Part shown: positions 12,877 through 27,380 of the stretch, piece after piece
Layout: each line of letters starts with the position of its first letter
How positions within the stretch are numbered: position 1 is the stretch's first letter
Source: the human T2T-CHM13v2.0 reference genome, Homo sapiens
DNA: 64,000 nt
NCBI RefSeq assembly: GCF_009914755.1
Contig: NC_060932.1
Reading direction: 5' to 3' (one strand)
The notes under the pieces: model-generated
Database searches by the model: none
Told to the model about the DNA's origin: nothing
The model's input: the letters and a program-made list of their open reading frames with translations, nothing else
Position numbers and translations under genes: made by a program

Positions 12877-13266
12877 TAATGGTTGCCATCTTATTTCCTT
12901 TATTTTTCTGAAAAATGGTTACTAGGATTCCCCCTAATAAACGTACTGGCCATGTGGAGACAGCAGCGTTAATTCACTGGCAGAGCGTGTTGCCTGTGGG
13001 TAACCTGCAATCTGCTTGAGGGAACCACGTGCCCAGGCCCCTGCAGCCCCTGGGAGAGCCTGTCAGGGATGATGAGCAATGGGCATTTGGGCTCAACAGG
13101 CCTCACTCCTTCATTTAGTCAACAATTACCGAGCTTGGCTTCATGCCCTCACATTGCTGGGCCCAGGGGTACAAAACTAAAAAGCATGGCCTCCGTTTCC
13201 CTATTCGAATCAGGACAATTAGGGTATCATCTTAAACCTGGGACTGTCTGTAATTTAAAATTTGGG

Positions 13267-13560
13267 GTCCAGGCACGGTGGCTCACGCCTGTAATCCCAG
13301 CGCTTTGGGAGGCCGAGGTGGGTGGATCACCTCAGGTCAGGAGTTTGAGACCAGACTGACCAACGTGGTGAAACCCCATCTCTATTAAAAATAAAAAAAA
13401 TTAGCCGGGCGTGGTGGCACACACCTGTAATCCCAACTACTCGGGAGTCTGAGGCAGGAGAATCACGTGAACCCGGAAGGTGGAGGTTGTAGTACGCTGA
13501 GATCACACCATTCCACTTCACACTGGGCAACAAGAGCGAAACTGTCTCAAAAAAATAAAA
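13267..13560 (+). mobile_element. AluS (Sq/Sx-like) with TSD taaaatttggg
   Basis: Full dimer, A tail, flanking direct repeat. Confidence 0.92.
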
Positions 13561-13800
13561 TTTGGGGAATGACATGCTTAGCACATGGCCAATGCATGTT
13601 TGCTATCGATAGTCAATAGTGGACAATATCAAAGAGGACTTAGGAACACACTGTTTCCTTAATATGAGGGTCTTAGGCGCTGGCTGGTAACATAGGTGGA
13701 GAGACTGACATAAGGAAAGAGCTTCACAGTATTTAAGCAGCAGCTTGCGACAAAAACGCAATTGCACACAGTTCATCAGAGCTGAGGAAGCACTGAAGTA

Positions 13801-13895
13801 GGTAAGGTTCACCTAAGGGAGTGCCAGGGCCGGGTAAGGTTCACCTAAGGGAGTGCCAGGGCCGGGTAAGGTTCACCTAAGGGAGTGCCAAGGCC
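13801..13895. repeat. 32-bp tandem repeat, 3 copies
   Basis: ggtaaggttcacctaagggagtgccagggccg at 13801, 13833, 13865. Confidence 0.95.
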
Positions 13896-15173
13896 AAGAC
13901 TACTTTTGTACAATATGCACAGAATTTTTTAATGAACCAGTGAGTGTTGTTTCAAAGCCAACACATATATTCTAATTATTTCTTCATGCCAAGAAGCTGG
14001 AAGTACTTTATAGCAATTGGCTCCATTCCTGACAGTTATTGGGATTTAACAGCTTTATTGGCTGGGGGAGGAACACATGAACTCCTAAGGGCTAATACAA
14101 GCATTTGGGAAATTATCTGTTGTCTGGCGTCAGCACTGGAACAGGGCAGCAGAGCTGGAGAGTAAGAAGCAGAGCTGGAGAGGAAGAAGTGTTTGCTAAG
14201 TCACCGCGCAGGAGGAGACAGAATCAGAGGTGACGAATGTAAGTCCACCCATTGGCTTAAGATCCAGTATCCTGAGTGAGTTGCACAGATCCTCTCCTTC
14301 AGTCCTCTCAGGTAGGTGCAGTGGTGTCTCCCTGGAGCACAGAGAGGCCAAGTATCTGGCTCCAAATCACAAGACTTGCAGAGGGTAAGGCTGGTGTCTA
14401 AGGTCCCATCAGTTGAACTCCAAAGCAGGCTGTCTAGAAATTGGGTTCAGAGACCTCCCAGCCTGGAACCCAGTTTGATGGAGTCCCGCATTCAGGGGCC
14501 AGTAAACCACTGTACCCTGGACAACTCCATAAGCTTCGGTTATATTTTTAGGGCGGTTTTGCATGTTGAAATATTTGCATGCTTCGAGTCTACCATGCAT
14601 GATCAGGCTGTCCCTGACCAGGGGAAAATTTACATAGTAAAATAGTATTACCCTTGAAATAGATTTAAGATAGGTCCTCCTTTTTCTTGACAGTATTACA
14701 ACCCAGTTCAATTTCAGGAACTCTAGAGGTCCCTGCAGTTATGAAGAACTAATTAAAGGCATGAAATGTTCCTCTGCAAGTTTCATTGACCATATTGGGC
14801 CTACAGTCCATTTCCAAATAAATATCTAAGGTAAGAAAAATATGGGACTCCCCACAGACTACTTATCTACCAGATGGTGTGGGGTTTGGATGGATGTTTT
14901 CAGTTACTTCAGCAATTTTTTCATTAATTCAGTATTTATTGAGAACCTAATGTATGCCAAGCTTGTAAAATGCAGTGGGGGGTATGACCTATTCCCAGGT
15001 CTCTGGACTCTGGCAGGATGGTAGAGAAGATGCTGTCGGGCTTGCATGTTCAGAACACCGTGTCTTAGGTGACCTCCCGGGCCTTTGAAGGCCCAACCCC
15101 AGGGTGGCGGGATAGCCAGGTGAGGCTTTGTTTGGCCTGTTCACGTTTCTCTGGAAAAGAATGGGGGTAGTTA

Positions 15174-15480
<307 letters not shown>

Positions 15481-16657
15481 GAAGTATTATTCTGCAGCCG
15501 AAAGGAAGTAGAGATGCACTAAGAAGATCACAGTAGAGTTTGGAACATTTTTGGAGTAAACTGAACAAAATAAAAACGGAGCAGCATGGGAATTATTTTA
15601 GCTCCCACCAAAAGGGTCTGTTTCTGCTATAGTTAACGGAAGTTTTCAATTTTCAAAAAATCCCAGTAGCTCGCTGAGTTTCAGCCTCCTGTAATTCAAG
15701 TACTGACAGCAGGTACTACTCTTCTTGGCAACAGAGTGAAAAAGGTTTTAAAGATGTTCCCGGGGCGTTAGCTTTGGTGCTGGAGTCGTAACGGCTCATT
15801 ATGTGTATACAGCATGGAACTGGCAAAGACTGTCACAAGCAAAAAGAACACAAAAAGAGAAAGTAAAGGCTCTGGCTCTCGGTACTTATGGAAATCTCAT
15901 CGTCATTAATTTGCACAAAGCCATTAAAAATAGCATTTACCAGCAGGGGTCCAGCGTTAATTAGAACCCAGCCTGGGAGCAGCTGGAACTCTCGGCGCTC
16001 CTGGCTCAGTCCTCGCCGCCCTGAACCCGTCTGCACCGCAGGGCCCGAGTGGGAAGCAGAGGCCACATTTCTGGATATGAGCAAAAGCTCCGACATTTCG
16101 TCCACTCTCGTGTTGTGAACTTTAAAAAATTCTGGAATCTGTTGAGAATTTGGCAATAAGTTTTTAACCACTAAATATGTCAACAACGCATCGCCTCTAC
16201 TTTTACCAAAAAATAGGCGCACGAAACTCCGCTGTTTGCGCCCGCGGACACCTGTCCCCGCCTCCTCGCAGGAAGCGGCCCCCGCGCGTGGGCGCGGGCT
16301 CGGGCTCGGGCTCGAGTGGCGACGTGGGCCGCGGTCCTGGAGGGGGAGAAGCGCCCGGCGGGCAGGCGCGGGGCAGGGAAGCCCCGGGGAACCCACAGCC
16401 CCTCCGCAGACCCAGCCAGGGGGCGCGCGCCCGAAAACGCCCCGTGTGCACGCGCCCGCCCCCCTCCCCGCGCCCCGCGCGCGCCCCTCGCAGCCTGGAG
16501 CCGGAGCGCTGGCTCCGCGCGGCCTGGAGAGGCGGAGAGGCCTGTCCACCGCCCCCTCTGCCGCCCACGCCCCGCTGCGGGTCGGAGGAGCAGCTCCCGC
16601 TCGCAGGTGCTCGGAGAGGCCGGGCCGCGGCTCCCACAGGTGCCGGGAAGCGGCCGC

Positions 16658-16667
16658 GCGCATGCGC
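16658..16667. promoter_or_regulatory. NRF1-type palindromic site
   Basis: GCGCATGCGC about 60 bp upstream of the putative exon-1 donor. Confidence 0.65.
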
Positions 16668-16670
16668 CGG

Positions 16671-16728
16671 AGCCCACCCGCCTGGCTGCGCGTCCCGGGC
16701 CCGGCGGCTGAAGAGGAGCCGCGGCGAG
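16671..16728 (+). other. KBTBD11: Putative non-coding exon 1 of KBTBD11 (start approximate)
   Basis: Donor GAG|gtaggg at 16729 within the CpG island, followed by G-run-rich intron start; KBTBD11 is known as a two-exon gene with the CDS in exon 2. Confidence 0.55.
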
Positions 16729-18121
16729 GTAGGGCGGACCCCGGGGAGGCAGCGGCGGGGCCTGGCGGGCGGAGCGGGAAGCAGCCCGAGGCGCGGGTCG
16801 GAGGGGGCGGCGGGTGGGAGGTGGTCGGCGAGAGCGGCAGTAGGCGGGAGGGGAGAAAAGGGGAGGCCGGCAGGGGAGAGGCGGGGAGGGGAGGCCGGCA
16901 GGGGAGGGAGGGGAGCGGAGCGGAGGGGAGGGGAGGGGGGACCGGGAGAGGAGGGGGCAGCGCTGCCCGCGGCGGGGTGGGCGGCGGTGGGTGGTCTCCG
17001 CTCCGCCTCCGGGAGGCCGCGTGGGGGGCGTGGGGGCCTCCTCGCGGGGTCTCCACAGGCCCTCCCCCGGGACGCGGCAACCCCGGCCGGAAGACAATGA
17101 GCCGCCCGCGCCGCGCCCGCAGTCACCGCCCCCGCCGAGGGTCCCGCCGCCCCAGCCGGCACGGAAGCAGGAGCAGAAGCCGAAGCCAAGCGCGCGGGGC
17201 CAGGGCGGGGGCTCCTCCCGGGGTTGCTCCGCTTGGCTCTCGGCGGTCGCGGGGATCGGCTGTCCGGAGCGAACGGGGGTCTCTCCTGGACTCGGGGCCC
17301 TGGGGAGGGGAGCGCGGCCCTTGGTCCTCCGCCGCTGCGCCCGGGGTGCGGGGGTGTCCTGGCTGCTGACCCCCGCGAGCCCCGAGCACCGCGACCCACC
17401 CGCCCCACCGCGCCGCGGCTCCCGAGTCCTGCCGGGCGCCCCTTGCAGCCCCCGCCCCATGTGCTGGGGAGACCCCCGGGCGGTCTGGGCGGGATTCCGC
17501 AGGGGTCCCTCCTCTCAGGCGGGGCTCATTCTGGAGCATGAAAAGAGGGTGAACCAAAGTCCCTCCACCTCTTTAGAGTCCTACAAAACCACGTTTCCCC
17601 CTCCACCCACTCCAGTGTCTATTCTAAGGAAAAGAAAAGGAACAAATCAGTGCAGCGAGCTTTATTCTACTCAGCCCACGAAAGGCGCCGCCGTCAGATT
17701 TTAAAGTTCCAGCCATCCCCTCAGGCCCTGAGTGAGAAGTTCGCCCGATTCCCCGCGGTTCCCGCCTCCATTTCCCACTAAGGAGCAGTTACTCAGGCTC
17801 CAATTAGGACCCCTTAATGGATGTCAATGGAACCCTTCAGCCTTTTATCCTGAGCTAATAGTGTGCTATTATTAGAATAATCCTCCCCATTCCTGACATC
17901 ACGGAAGGGAGCGTTCCATTGCCTTCAGATTTGCTCCAGCAACAACCTCGTGTGTGCAGATTTATGGTAACTGGCATTGCAATGCTCCCATCAGGGCATA
18001 ACTAAGTAAAAATTGTAATGAGGTAAAGCCTTTGAACTTTCCATGTCAGTTGCACAGGCATTGCTGGCCATAGCATTGGACAGCACATAATAAAATCAGT
18101 TAAAAGATGTTGCTTACATTA

Positions 18122-18449
18122 TAGTGATGTGTAGCACAGCCACGTTCGGATCAATTACAGACCGCCAAGTTGACGGTGGTCCTGTAAGATTATAAAACTG
18201 TTTTCCCTGTGTCTTTTTCATGCTTAGAAATGTGTAGATACACAAACACCATTGTGTTACAATTGCCTGCGGTATTGTGCACGCTGCACAGGTGTGCAGT
18301 CTGGAGCAGGAGTCTGTGCAGTGGAGCACAGGTGTGTAGCAGGCTGCACCGCCTAGGTGTGTAGGTGCCCTGTGTGATGTTTGCACAGTGATGAAGTTAT
18401 CTAACTATCATTTCTCAGAACCTGTCTGCATCTGAACCATTCGTGACTG
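18122..18449 (+). mobile_element. Tigger3a-type TcMar DNA transposon
   Basis: gacggtggtcctgtaagattata...ccattgtgttacaattgcct...catttctcagaac...tgactg with flanking TA. Confidence 0.8.
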
Positions 18450-19384
18450 TATTTAAGCCAGCATTGGGCTTGGGAGGAGGGGAGAAAGCTTAAATGTTGT
18501 GGCTCTGAGACTAAAGAAATTCCCAGGGAGCAGGACTCTGTGTTGACTGATGTCTGGGCCTAACTTGAACCTCAGAGCACCTTGCTCTGGGTGGATGGAA
18601 GAATCCGGAAAGGTGGTTTGGAGCTTATCGCATCATTTGTAAACTCCAATACAAACCCGCTTCAATGGGGTTTCCATATGTTCCGGTACAGGTAGCAACC
18701 TTGGCAGTGGGAGCCCAGCAGGTCCCGTCTTTGTCCCTGTGCTGATACAGAGAGACTCTCCGTGCTGTGGACGCCTCCATCTGGGCACATGTTTCAGTTG
18801 TTTTCTAAATACCAAGAGCACAGATTGCTCAGTAATAATAGCTCTCCTGCAAATCTGGAATCACTTAGGCAGCTGCAGTGCCTCTAAGCCTCCTTGCATC
18901 CAAGGCTGTGATCAAGGAGGACTGGTGTCTGAGTGGGCTTGAGAAGGGCCCGGAGAACAGCGGGTTTCCTGATCACAAATCAGCCTGTCATTCAGCATGT
19001 GTTCCCTTGGTGACTCAGGGCGATATCTGCCCTTCTCCGGAGGTCAAGGGCTCATCGTGTCAATTGTGGTCTTGAGTTTGTTTTTTTTTTCCTCTTGAAA
19101 TCATTGTAATTAAGCTAAAAGTATAGTGTTGGTATCCAGCACATGTTTGCAAAGTATTTAACAATGAGCAAAAACTTTAAGAATAAATTAAAGCATCTAG
19201 TTTACTTTTTGCCAACAGCCAGGTTCCTGCTAGAAATGATTTTGAAATAAATGTTGTCTTGGAAATAGAAACCGTTGCATGTCTTATGTGCATTTTGTTT
19301 GAAGGATTAGCATGAATTTCCTTCTCTTCTGAATATTTGTGGAGTTCCCCTGCTCCCCCACCCCCCACCCTGCTGTGGGTCAGG

Positions 19385-19710
19385 CTCAGTCCTAGGTGCT
19401 GGGAATACAGTTGTAAGTAAAGTCAGCCTAGTTCTCTGCTATCTGCAGCTGAGACGTTAATACAGTGAAAGGCATTCAGCATATAATTACGTTAATTCTT
19501 AGGTAATAACACACGGAGATGAGTGCGTTGAAGGAGAGGAATACATTCCCTTGAATGCACGTAACAGAGGAATGTTAGGCCGAGAACTAAGGGATGAGAG
19601 GGGTGGCTCAGGAGCCCAGGAGGGGACAGTTTGCGGGAACATTGTGTGCAAAGGCCCTGTGGTGAGGACTAGAGCACGGAGAGGTCAGTGAGGGGCGCTG
19701 GAGCAGGGTG
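19385..19710 (-). mobile_element. L2 fragment
   Basis: ctaggtgctgggaatacag...tgtgcaaaggccctgtgg...gctggagcag. Confidence 0.6.
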
Positions 19711-19776
19711 TAGTAAAAGTGTAATGTCAGCCGATTTTATGGCTGAGTTAAATTGATGGAGCTTCACACTTTAGAG

Positions 19777-19987
19777 CAAGGTCCTCCAACCCATGGGCCA
19801 CGAGCCACATGTGGCCCAGGACAGCTTTGAATGAGGCCCAACACAGATTTGTAAACTTTCTTAAAACATTATGAGTTTTTTTTTTTTTTAAGCTCATCAT
19901 CTATCATTAGTGTTAGTCTATTTTATGTGTGACCCAAGACAATTCTTCCAGTGTGGCCCACGGAAGCCAAAAGATTGGAGACCCCTG
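19777..19987 (+). mobile_element. MER30 (hAT-Charlie) with intact 8-bp TSD
   Basis: gtggcccaggacagctttgaatg...gccaaaagattggagacccctg; ctttagag at 19769-19776 and 19988-19995. Confidence 0.9.
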
Positions 19988-20309
19988 CTTTAGAGCTTGA
20001 CTGAGTTTCATATGGATTAATTTTGTAGCATGGAGACTTCCCGAGTCCTAAAGTGAAATCATTAAATAGGAAGATGCACATAGAATGTTTTGTAAATGAA
20101 AAACCACGGTGCCGATGTTAGCTGGTATTGTTACTGTTTTATTAGAAAGGTGTAGAGTCGTGGGGACATACATATGGGTGTGGTTCTATGAAGTGTACCA
20201 TCTTTGTCCTGGCCACCTCCATCTCATGCTTGGACTCCTGCAGTAGTCTCTGGAGAGGCTCTGCACATCCTCTCTTTGAACAGGTCCTCCTGCAGTAGTC
20301 AGAACAATG

Positions 20310-20628
<319 letters not shown>

Positions 20629-20744
20629 CAGAGCAATTATTTTTTAAAATTCTTACAATAGTGGGCCTTTCATAGCTTCCCATTCCTGCAAGATGCAGTT
20701 CACAGTTCTGAATATTCGTATCACGACCCTTGTTCCAATATCAT

Positions 20745-21560
20745 GGTGGTTCAATAAGCCATGCACAGCTTAGTGGCTTAAAACAATAGCATTTATTTAT
20801 ATTTTAAGTTGCAGGGTACATGTGCGGGAGGTGCAGTTTTGTTACATAGGTAAACGTGTGCCATGGTGGTTTGTTGCACCTGTCAACCCATCACCTAGGT
20901 ATTAAGCCCAGCAGGCATTAGCTCTTTATCCTGATGCTCTCCCTCCGCCGCCCTCTACAGGCCCCAGTGTGTGTTGTTCCCCTCCCTGAGTCCATGTGTT
21001 CTCATCATTCAGCTCCCACTTATAAGTGAGAACGTGGTGTTTGGTTTTCTGTTCCTGTATTCGTAGCAATAGCATTCATTTTGCTTAAAAGTCTGCAGTC
21101 TCGCTGGGCACAGCTCACCTTGGTGCCACTCAGCACCAGATGCGGAGCTTGAAGGCCAAGGGCTGGAACCATGGAGGCCACTGACTTGCTGCCTGAGGCT
21201 TGCGCCAGGAGGATTCACACACTGGGGGCTGGCGCAGCAGGGGCCCCTCGGGGACCTTCCCCTGTCACTGTGTGACCGTCCATGTACTCGCTGCAGCGTG
21301 GCAGCCTTGATGCAGTGGACTCCCTGTGTGTTGAGTCAGGGTCACCACGGACTGTGACCTGAGAAAACAGCCAGGTGGAACCGGGTCACCTTTCTCACGA
21401 GGCGGGGAGGTCATGTTGTGTTGCTTCCCCCTCAGTCCCTGGCCTGCCACGTAGAAGGGGAGGGAACGGGGTCTCAACTGTGAGCGCAGGGGAATCTCAC
21501 TGGGCGGGATGGGCGTGCCGAGCAGGGTTCATCCATGCGGCATGTTTGGAAAATAGAATC
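20745..21560 (-). mobile_element. Old MLT1-type LTR interrupted by an L1PA 3' end
   Basis: cttagtggcttaaaacaa...cattcattttgct...ctgggcacagctca continues across the L1. Confidence 0.55.
20794..21066 (-). mobile_element. 5'-truncated L1PA (older PA subfamily) 3' end with TSD caatagcatt
   Basis: gggtacatgtg...ttacataggtaaacgtgtgccatggtgg...cccacttataagtgagaac; TSD at 20784-20793 and 21067-21076. Confidence 0.9.
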
Positions 21561-21807
21561 TGCTCTTTCCACTAAGGTCATGTCCCTTCCACATAAAAAA
21601 GGCTACGGCGATCCCCAAGTCTCATCCTGTTGTGGCATCAAGACTTGGGCTCCAGGAAGTCATCATGGAAGTCAGGTGTGAAAGTGCCTCCCTGGGTTCC
21701 AGTCCTTCCTCTAATGCAAAGGCTGGTGTTCCAAAGCAATGAGAGACCCACCCCCAGCCCACAGTGCACAGCCCTGGGCAGGCACAGGAGAACTGCTGTA
21801 GGCCCTC

Positions 21808-22517
21808 GTGCTGGTCAGGGTTCTCCAGGGAAACACAACCAACTGGGTACATGTGTGTGCATGTGTGTGCATGTGTCTGCACGTGTGAGAGGGATTAGAG
21901 AGCAAGATTGAAGGACCTGGCTCATCCGATGGTGGTGGGGCAAGTCTGAGATCTGCAGGGCAGGCCGGCAGGCTGGATAGCCAGGGAAGTGCTGGCATTG
22001 CAGTCCCTCCTCCTCGGGAACCTCCGCCTTTTTAAGGCTTTGACTGATTGGACGAGGCCCACCCATATTGTGAATAGAAACATGCTTTACTCAAAATCTT
22101 CCCATGTAAATGTTAATCATGTCTTTAAAAAACACCCTTAGGCCAGGTGCAGTGGCTCACGCCTGTAATCCCAGCACTTTGGGAGGCCGAGGTAGGCAGA
22201 TCACTTGAGGTCAGGAGTTTGAGACCAGCCTGGCCAACATGGTGAAACCCCGTCTCTACTAAAAACACAAAAATTAGCCAGGTGTGGTGGCACGCACTTG
22301 TGATCCCAGCTACTTGGGAGGCTGAGGCATGGGAATTGCATGACCCAGGGGGCGGAGGTTGCAGTGAGCCGAGATTGCGCCACTGCACTCCAGCCTGGGC
22401 TACAGAGTGAGACTCTGTCTCAAAACAAAACCCTTCATAGTGACATTTGGACTGTGATTGACTAAATATCTGGGTACTGTGGCCTAGCCAAGGGGACACA
22501 TAAAAGTACCTATCATA
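21808..22517 (-). mobile_element. MLT2-type (ERV-L) LTR interrupted by an Alu
   Basis: gtcagggttctccag...gaggcccacccatattg...ctgggtactgtggcctagccaag...gacacataaa. Confidence 0.75.
22141..22428 (+). mobile_element. AluSz
   Basis: Full dimer; TSD-like accctt on both sides. Confidence 0.92.
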
Positions 22518-22999
22518 ACCTTCCTGTTCAGAAAGGGAGAAGTGTGTGGCAGACAGGGGTGTGTGGCCCACGCGGTCCTGAAGTGCAGCTGGGTGCAGGT
22601 TGGCAGCCTCGGGACAGGGCTCGGGCCTCATCCCGCGTGGCTTCCACACTCCTGGCTGCACCCTCTGGGCTCTTGGATCTCTTTGGGGAGTCCCTCTTCC
22701 TTTCCATGGAGAGGCCTCTGTTTGCAGCTGAGAGGTTTTCTTGCATCCTGCCCAGAGTACTTTGGGAGTGCAGTGCCCAGTCTCACTTTGTGCTGAATCT
22801 GTTCCCTGTAGCCTGAGCTGGCAGTATTTCATCTGTACAATTACCTGAAAGTGCTGTGGGGTTTTGTTTTCTATGAATCTCTTGGGATTTGTAGAATCCC
22901 CTGTCTAAGTATGACATCTTATTAGATGGGATTTGATATTTTGAGGACAAATATTGAGATAAGAAGATAGAGGCCCAGTCTGTGTGCCAGCCTAAATGA

Positions 23000-23317
<318 letters not shown>

Positions 23318-23874
23318 TTTAATCAAAACTTTTAAAATGAGCTCCATGAAGCTACAGCCTCTGCCTCCACACTGCAGGCAGCTTCCGTGGGGGATGCCAC
23401 GTGCTTCTGCATCGGGCTGTGGCATGGCCGGGTTGTGGTTTGTGGTGGCAGCGTGTGCTGAGAAGTGCTTGTCCCTGCCCTGGAGCCTCCGCCAGCTGGA
23501 GGTGGCACCACGCAGCCGCCAGGGCAGGGGCAGGGCAGGGGCAGCATGTTTCCTACTGGTTCTGTTAACTGTCTTTTCTGAGAGAGTGCCAGCGAGAGCA
23601 GATGAATGCCTTACCGTTTTCGGCACGACTTTAACAATCTGCTCAAGCTGAATGACCACAGAAAGCCTGCCTGCTTGTTGCATGGGCTGAGTTTCCCGCA
23701 GTTTCATGGGATTTGTGGAAATCTTTGCGAATGGTTGGATCACAGACTTCTTCTCAGCTTGTTTCATATGTCTGGCATTGCAACAGGGCAAAATAGTAAC
23801 AAGGGCAGTAGGATCTCAGCGTCTGGTTTCTAATTTTAGCGCCAACACTAATTGGCTGTGTGACCCTGAGCCTG

Positions 23875-25445
23875 TCAGTGAATTTCATAGCAGAAACCTA
23901 ACAGGCCAAGAGAGAGTAGGGTGATCTATTCGAAGTGCTGAAGGAAATAAAAACTTGCCAACCAAGATTTCTGTACCCAGAAAGGCTGTCATTTAGAAAT
24001 GAAGGGGAGAGAAAGACTTTGCCAAGCAAACATCAGCTGAGGGAGTTCACCACCACCAGACCTGTCTTATAAGAAATGCTTAAGGGAATTCTTCTAGCTG
24101 AAAGAAAAGGACACTAATTAGTAACATGAAAACATTGAAAAGTGTAAAACTCACTGGTAAATGTAAGTACACGGTTGAATTCACAATACTCTAACACTGT
24201 AACGATGGTATGTAAATTAACTACATCTTCAGTATGAAGGCTAAAAGACAAAACTATTAAAACAGTAAAAGATACTGTGATGGTTAATTTCAAGGTGTCA
24301 ACTTGAGTAGATTAAGGGACACCCCAATAGCTCGTAAAGTATTATTTCTGGAAGTGTCTGTGAGGGTGTTCCTGGAAGAGATTGGCATTTGAACCAGTGT
24401 GAGGAAGATTTGCCCTCAGTACCGTCCAATTGTCTGAGAGCCCAGATAGAAGAAAATGGCAGAAGAAGGGCAAATTCTTTCTCTGCCTCTCCCACTCTCC
24501 CCTGTCCTGGAGCTGGGACACCGTCTTCTTCTGCCCTTGGACATAAAAGCTCAAGGTTCTCCAGCCTTTGGACTCTGGGACTTGCATCAGTGGTCCCCTG
24601 GGTTGTCAGGCCTTCAGCTTTGGACTGAGTTATTCTATTCGCTTCCCTGGTTCTGAGGCCTCTGACAATAAACTGAGCCATGCCACTGGCTTCTCTGGTT
24701 CTCCAGCTTGCAGATAGCCTGTTGTGGGATTCTCAGCCTCAATAACTGTGTGAGCCAGTTCCCCTAGCAAATCCCCTCTCATCTACCGGTCTATCTAGCC
24801 TTTCTGTTGGTTCTGCTTCTCTGGAGAACCCTGGTTAATACAGCTATGGTAATATGTTAAGGGATATACAGCACAAAAAGCTGTCATTTGTGACATCAAA
24901 AACATAAAATGGGTGGGGGGCAGGAGTTAAAAGTATAGAGTTATTTTATTGAATCAGTTAAATCGTCAGCTTAAAATAGACTGTTACAACTATAAGGTAT
25001 TTTATGTAAGCCTCATGGTGACCACAAAGCAAAAACCTACAGTAGGTACACAAAAGGTAGAAAGTCAAGAATCAAAGCATACCACAAGAGAAAGTCTAAT
25101 CATAAAGGAAGACAGCAAGAGAGGAAGAAAGGAACAAAAGACCTACAAAACAACCAGAAAACAATTAAGAAAATGGGAATAGTAAGTTCTTACCTATCAT
25201 AATTACCTTGAACATAAATGCATTCAGTTCTCCAATCAAGAGACATAGAGTGCATGAATGGGTTAAAAAAACATATAAGACCCCACTATATGCTGCCTAC
25301 AAGAGACCCACTGGCCTTTGAGGAAACACAGGTTGAGAGTGAAGGGATGGGAACAGATACTCCACGCAAATTGAAAGCATTAGAGAGCAGAGGGAGCTAT
25401 GCTTATATAAGATAAAATCCACTTCAAGTTAAAACTGTCAAGCAG
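23875..25445 (+). mobile_element. L1M fragment (ORF1 C-terminus to ORF2 endonuclease start)
   Basis: gcagaaacc...aggccaagagagag...gagttcaccaccaccagacctg; atatgctgcctacaagagacccac. Confidence 0.85.
24276..24842 (+). mobile_element. MLT2B-type solo LTR nested in the L1
   Basis: tgtgatggttaattt...tgtcaacttga...ctctggagaaccctggttaataca. Confidence 0.88.
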
Positions 25446-25537
25446 CACTCAGAAGCTTTGTACAATGCAAGCAGCATTTTATAATGCCAAAGGGGCCAAT
25501 TCATCAGAAGTAAACTTTTAGTATGAGTTGCTGAGCA

Positions 25538-25806
25538 CTTTTTTTTTTTTTTTTAGACAGGATCTCACTGTGTCACCCAGGCTGGAGTGCAGTGGTGTGA
25601 TCTCAGCTCACTGCAACTTCCACCTCCCAGGTTTAAGCCTCCTGAGTAGCTGGGATTATAGGCACACACCACCATGCCCAACTAATTTTTGTACTTTTAG
25701 TAGACATGGGGTATTGCCATGTTGTCCAGGCTGGTGTTGAACTGCTGACCTCAAGTGATCTACTCACCTTGGCCTCTCAGAGTGCTGGGATTACAGGCAT
25801 GAGCCA
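25538..25806 (-). mobile_element. AluJ with small internal deletion
   Basis: Reverse Alu consensus. Confidence 0.85.
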
Positions 25807-26409
25807 GGTGGGCTCTTTTGATGTCCTGGGTGAGGCTTGGTTTAGATAATGTTGACTGTACCCAGTCCCCTCCTGCCACATGTTGGGTGTGTGTGCCCCG
25901 AGGCAGCAGTGACCTGCTAGAGGCCATGAGTTGGATGGACTCACTTCTGTGCCACCCACAAAAGCAGAGCCACACCTAGAACTTGGCAGCCTTGGGCATA
26001 GTCTGCTGTGTCCCCAGTGAATCCTGCCGCCTCTGCTGCCACCCTGTGTGCACCCCCATGCTCCAAAAAGGATGACCTCATCTAGGCCAGGTCATCACAG
26101 CTGAACTTCTCAGCCAGGATGTAACAGCCACCATACATCTGTCCCCAGTCACGATGCTCCTTTTCCTGAAGTCCTGTCCCAGGCAGCTGGGTGCTCCTTG
26201 TAACCCTGTGCCTGCCACCGCTCCGTGACCTGACCAGGGCGCTGGGGATTGTCTCGTTCCCTATTTCCATCATCCGTCGGGTTATCTTGTAACACCCCCC
26301 TCAGCACTGGCTGCATGACCTCATGATGCATCTTTTCTGCTTTTGGTCTTCACTAGTTGTGCTTGGTGGCACCTCCATGAGGGTCAAGCTGATGACTTTT
26401 CACACTGTC

Positions 26410-26523
26410 CCTATGGGACCTGGGGCAGTTTTGTGCAAATAAGACCATGAATGTTGAAATGTGTTACCTATAGGACCTGGGGCAGTCTTGTGCAAATAAG
26501 ACCATGAATGTTGAAATGTATTT
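26410..26523. repeat. 57-bp tandem duplication
   Basis: cctat(g/a)ggacctggggcagt(t/c)ttgtgcaaataagaccatgaatgttgaaatgt twice. Confidence 0.92.
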
Positions 26524-26633
26524 CACATGTGTTCAGCTTATCTCTCCCAATTAATTTGGAGACTGCTTGGATGCAGGAATTGCTTTTTAAAGAAAATTTT
26601 ATTGAAGTCTAACATACAAACTGGAAAAAGTCA

Positions 26634-26939
<306 letters not shown>

Positions 26940-26948
26940 TCACACGTG

Positions 26949-27380
<432 letters not shown>

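Larger units (their letters stand above)
16180..17520. promoter_or_regulatory. KBTBD11: CpG island promoter of KBTBD11
   Basis: Very high GC and CpG density, GC boxes, NRF1-type palindrome, splice donor inside the island. Confidence 0.85.

Noticed and set aside
16177-17704. Several 200-430-aa ORFs on both strands
   Set aside because: Stop-codon depletion in a CpG island; low-complexity Arg/Gly/Pro/Ala translations
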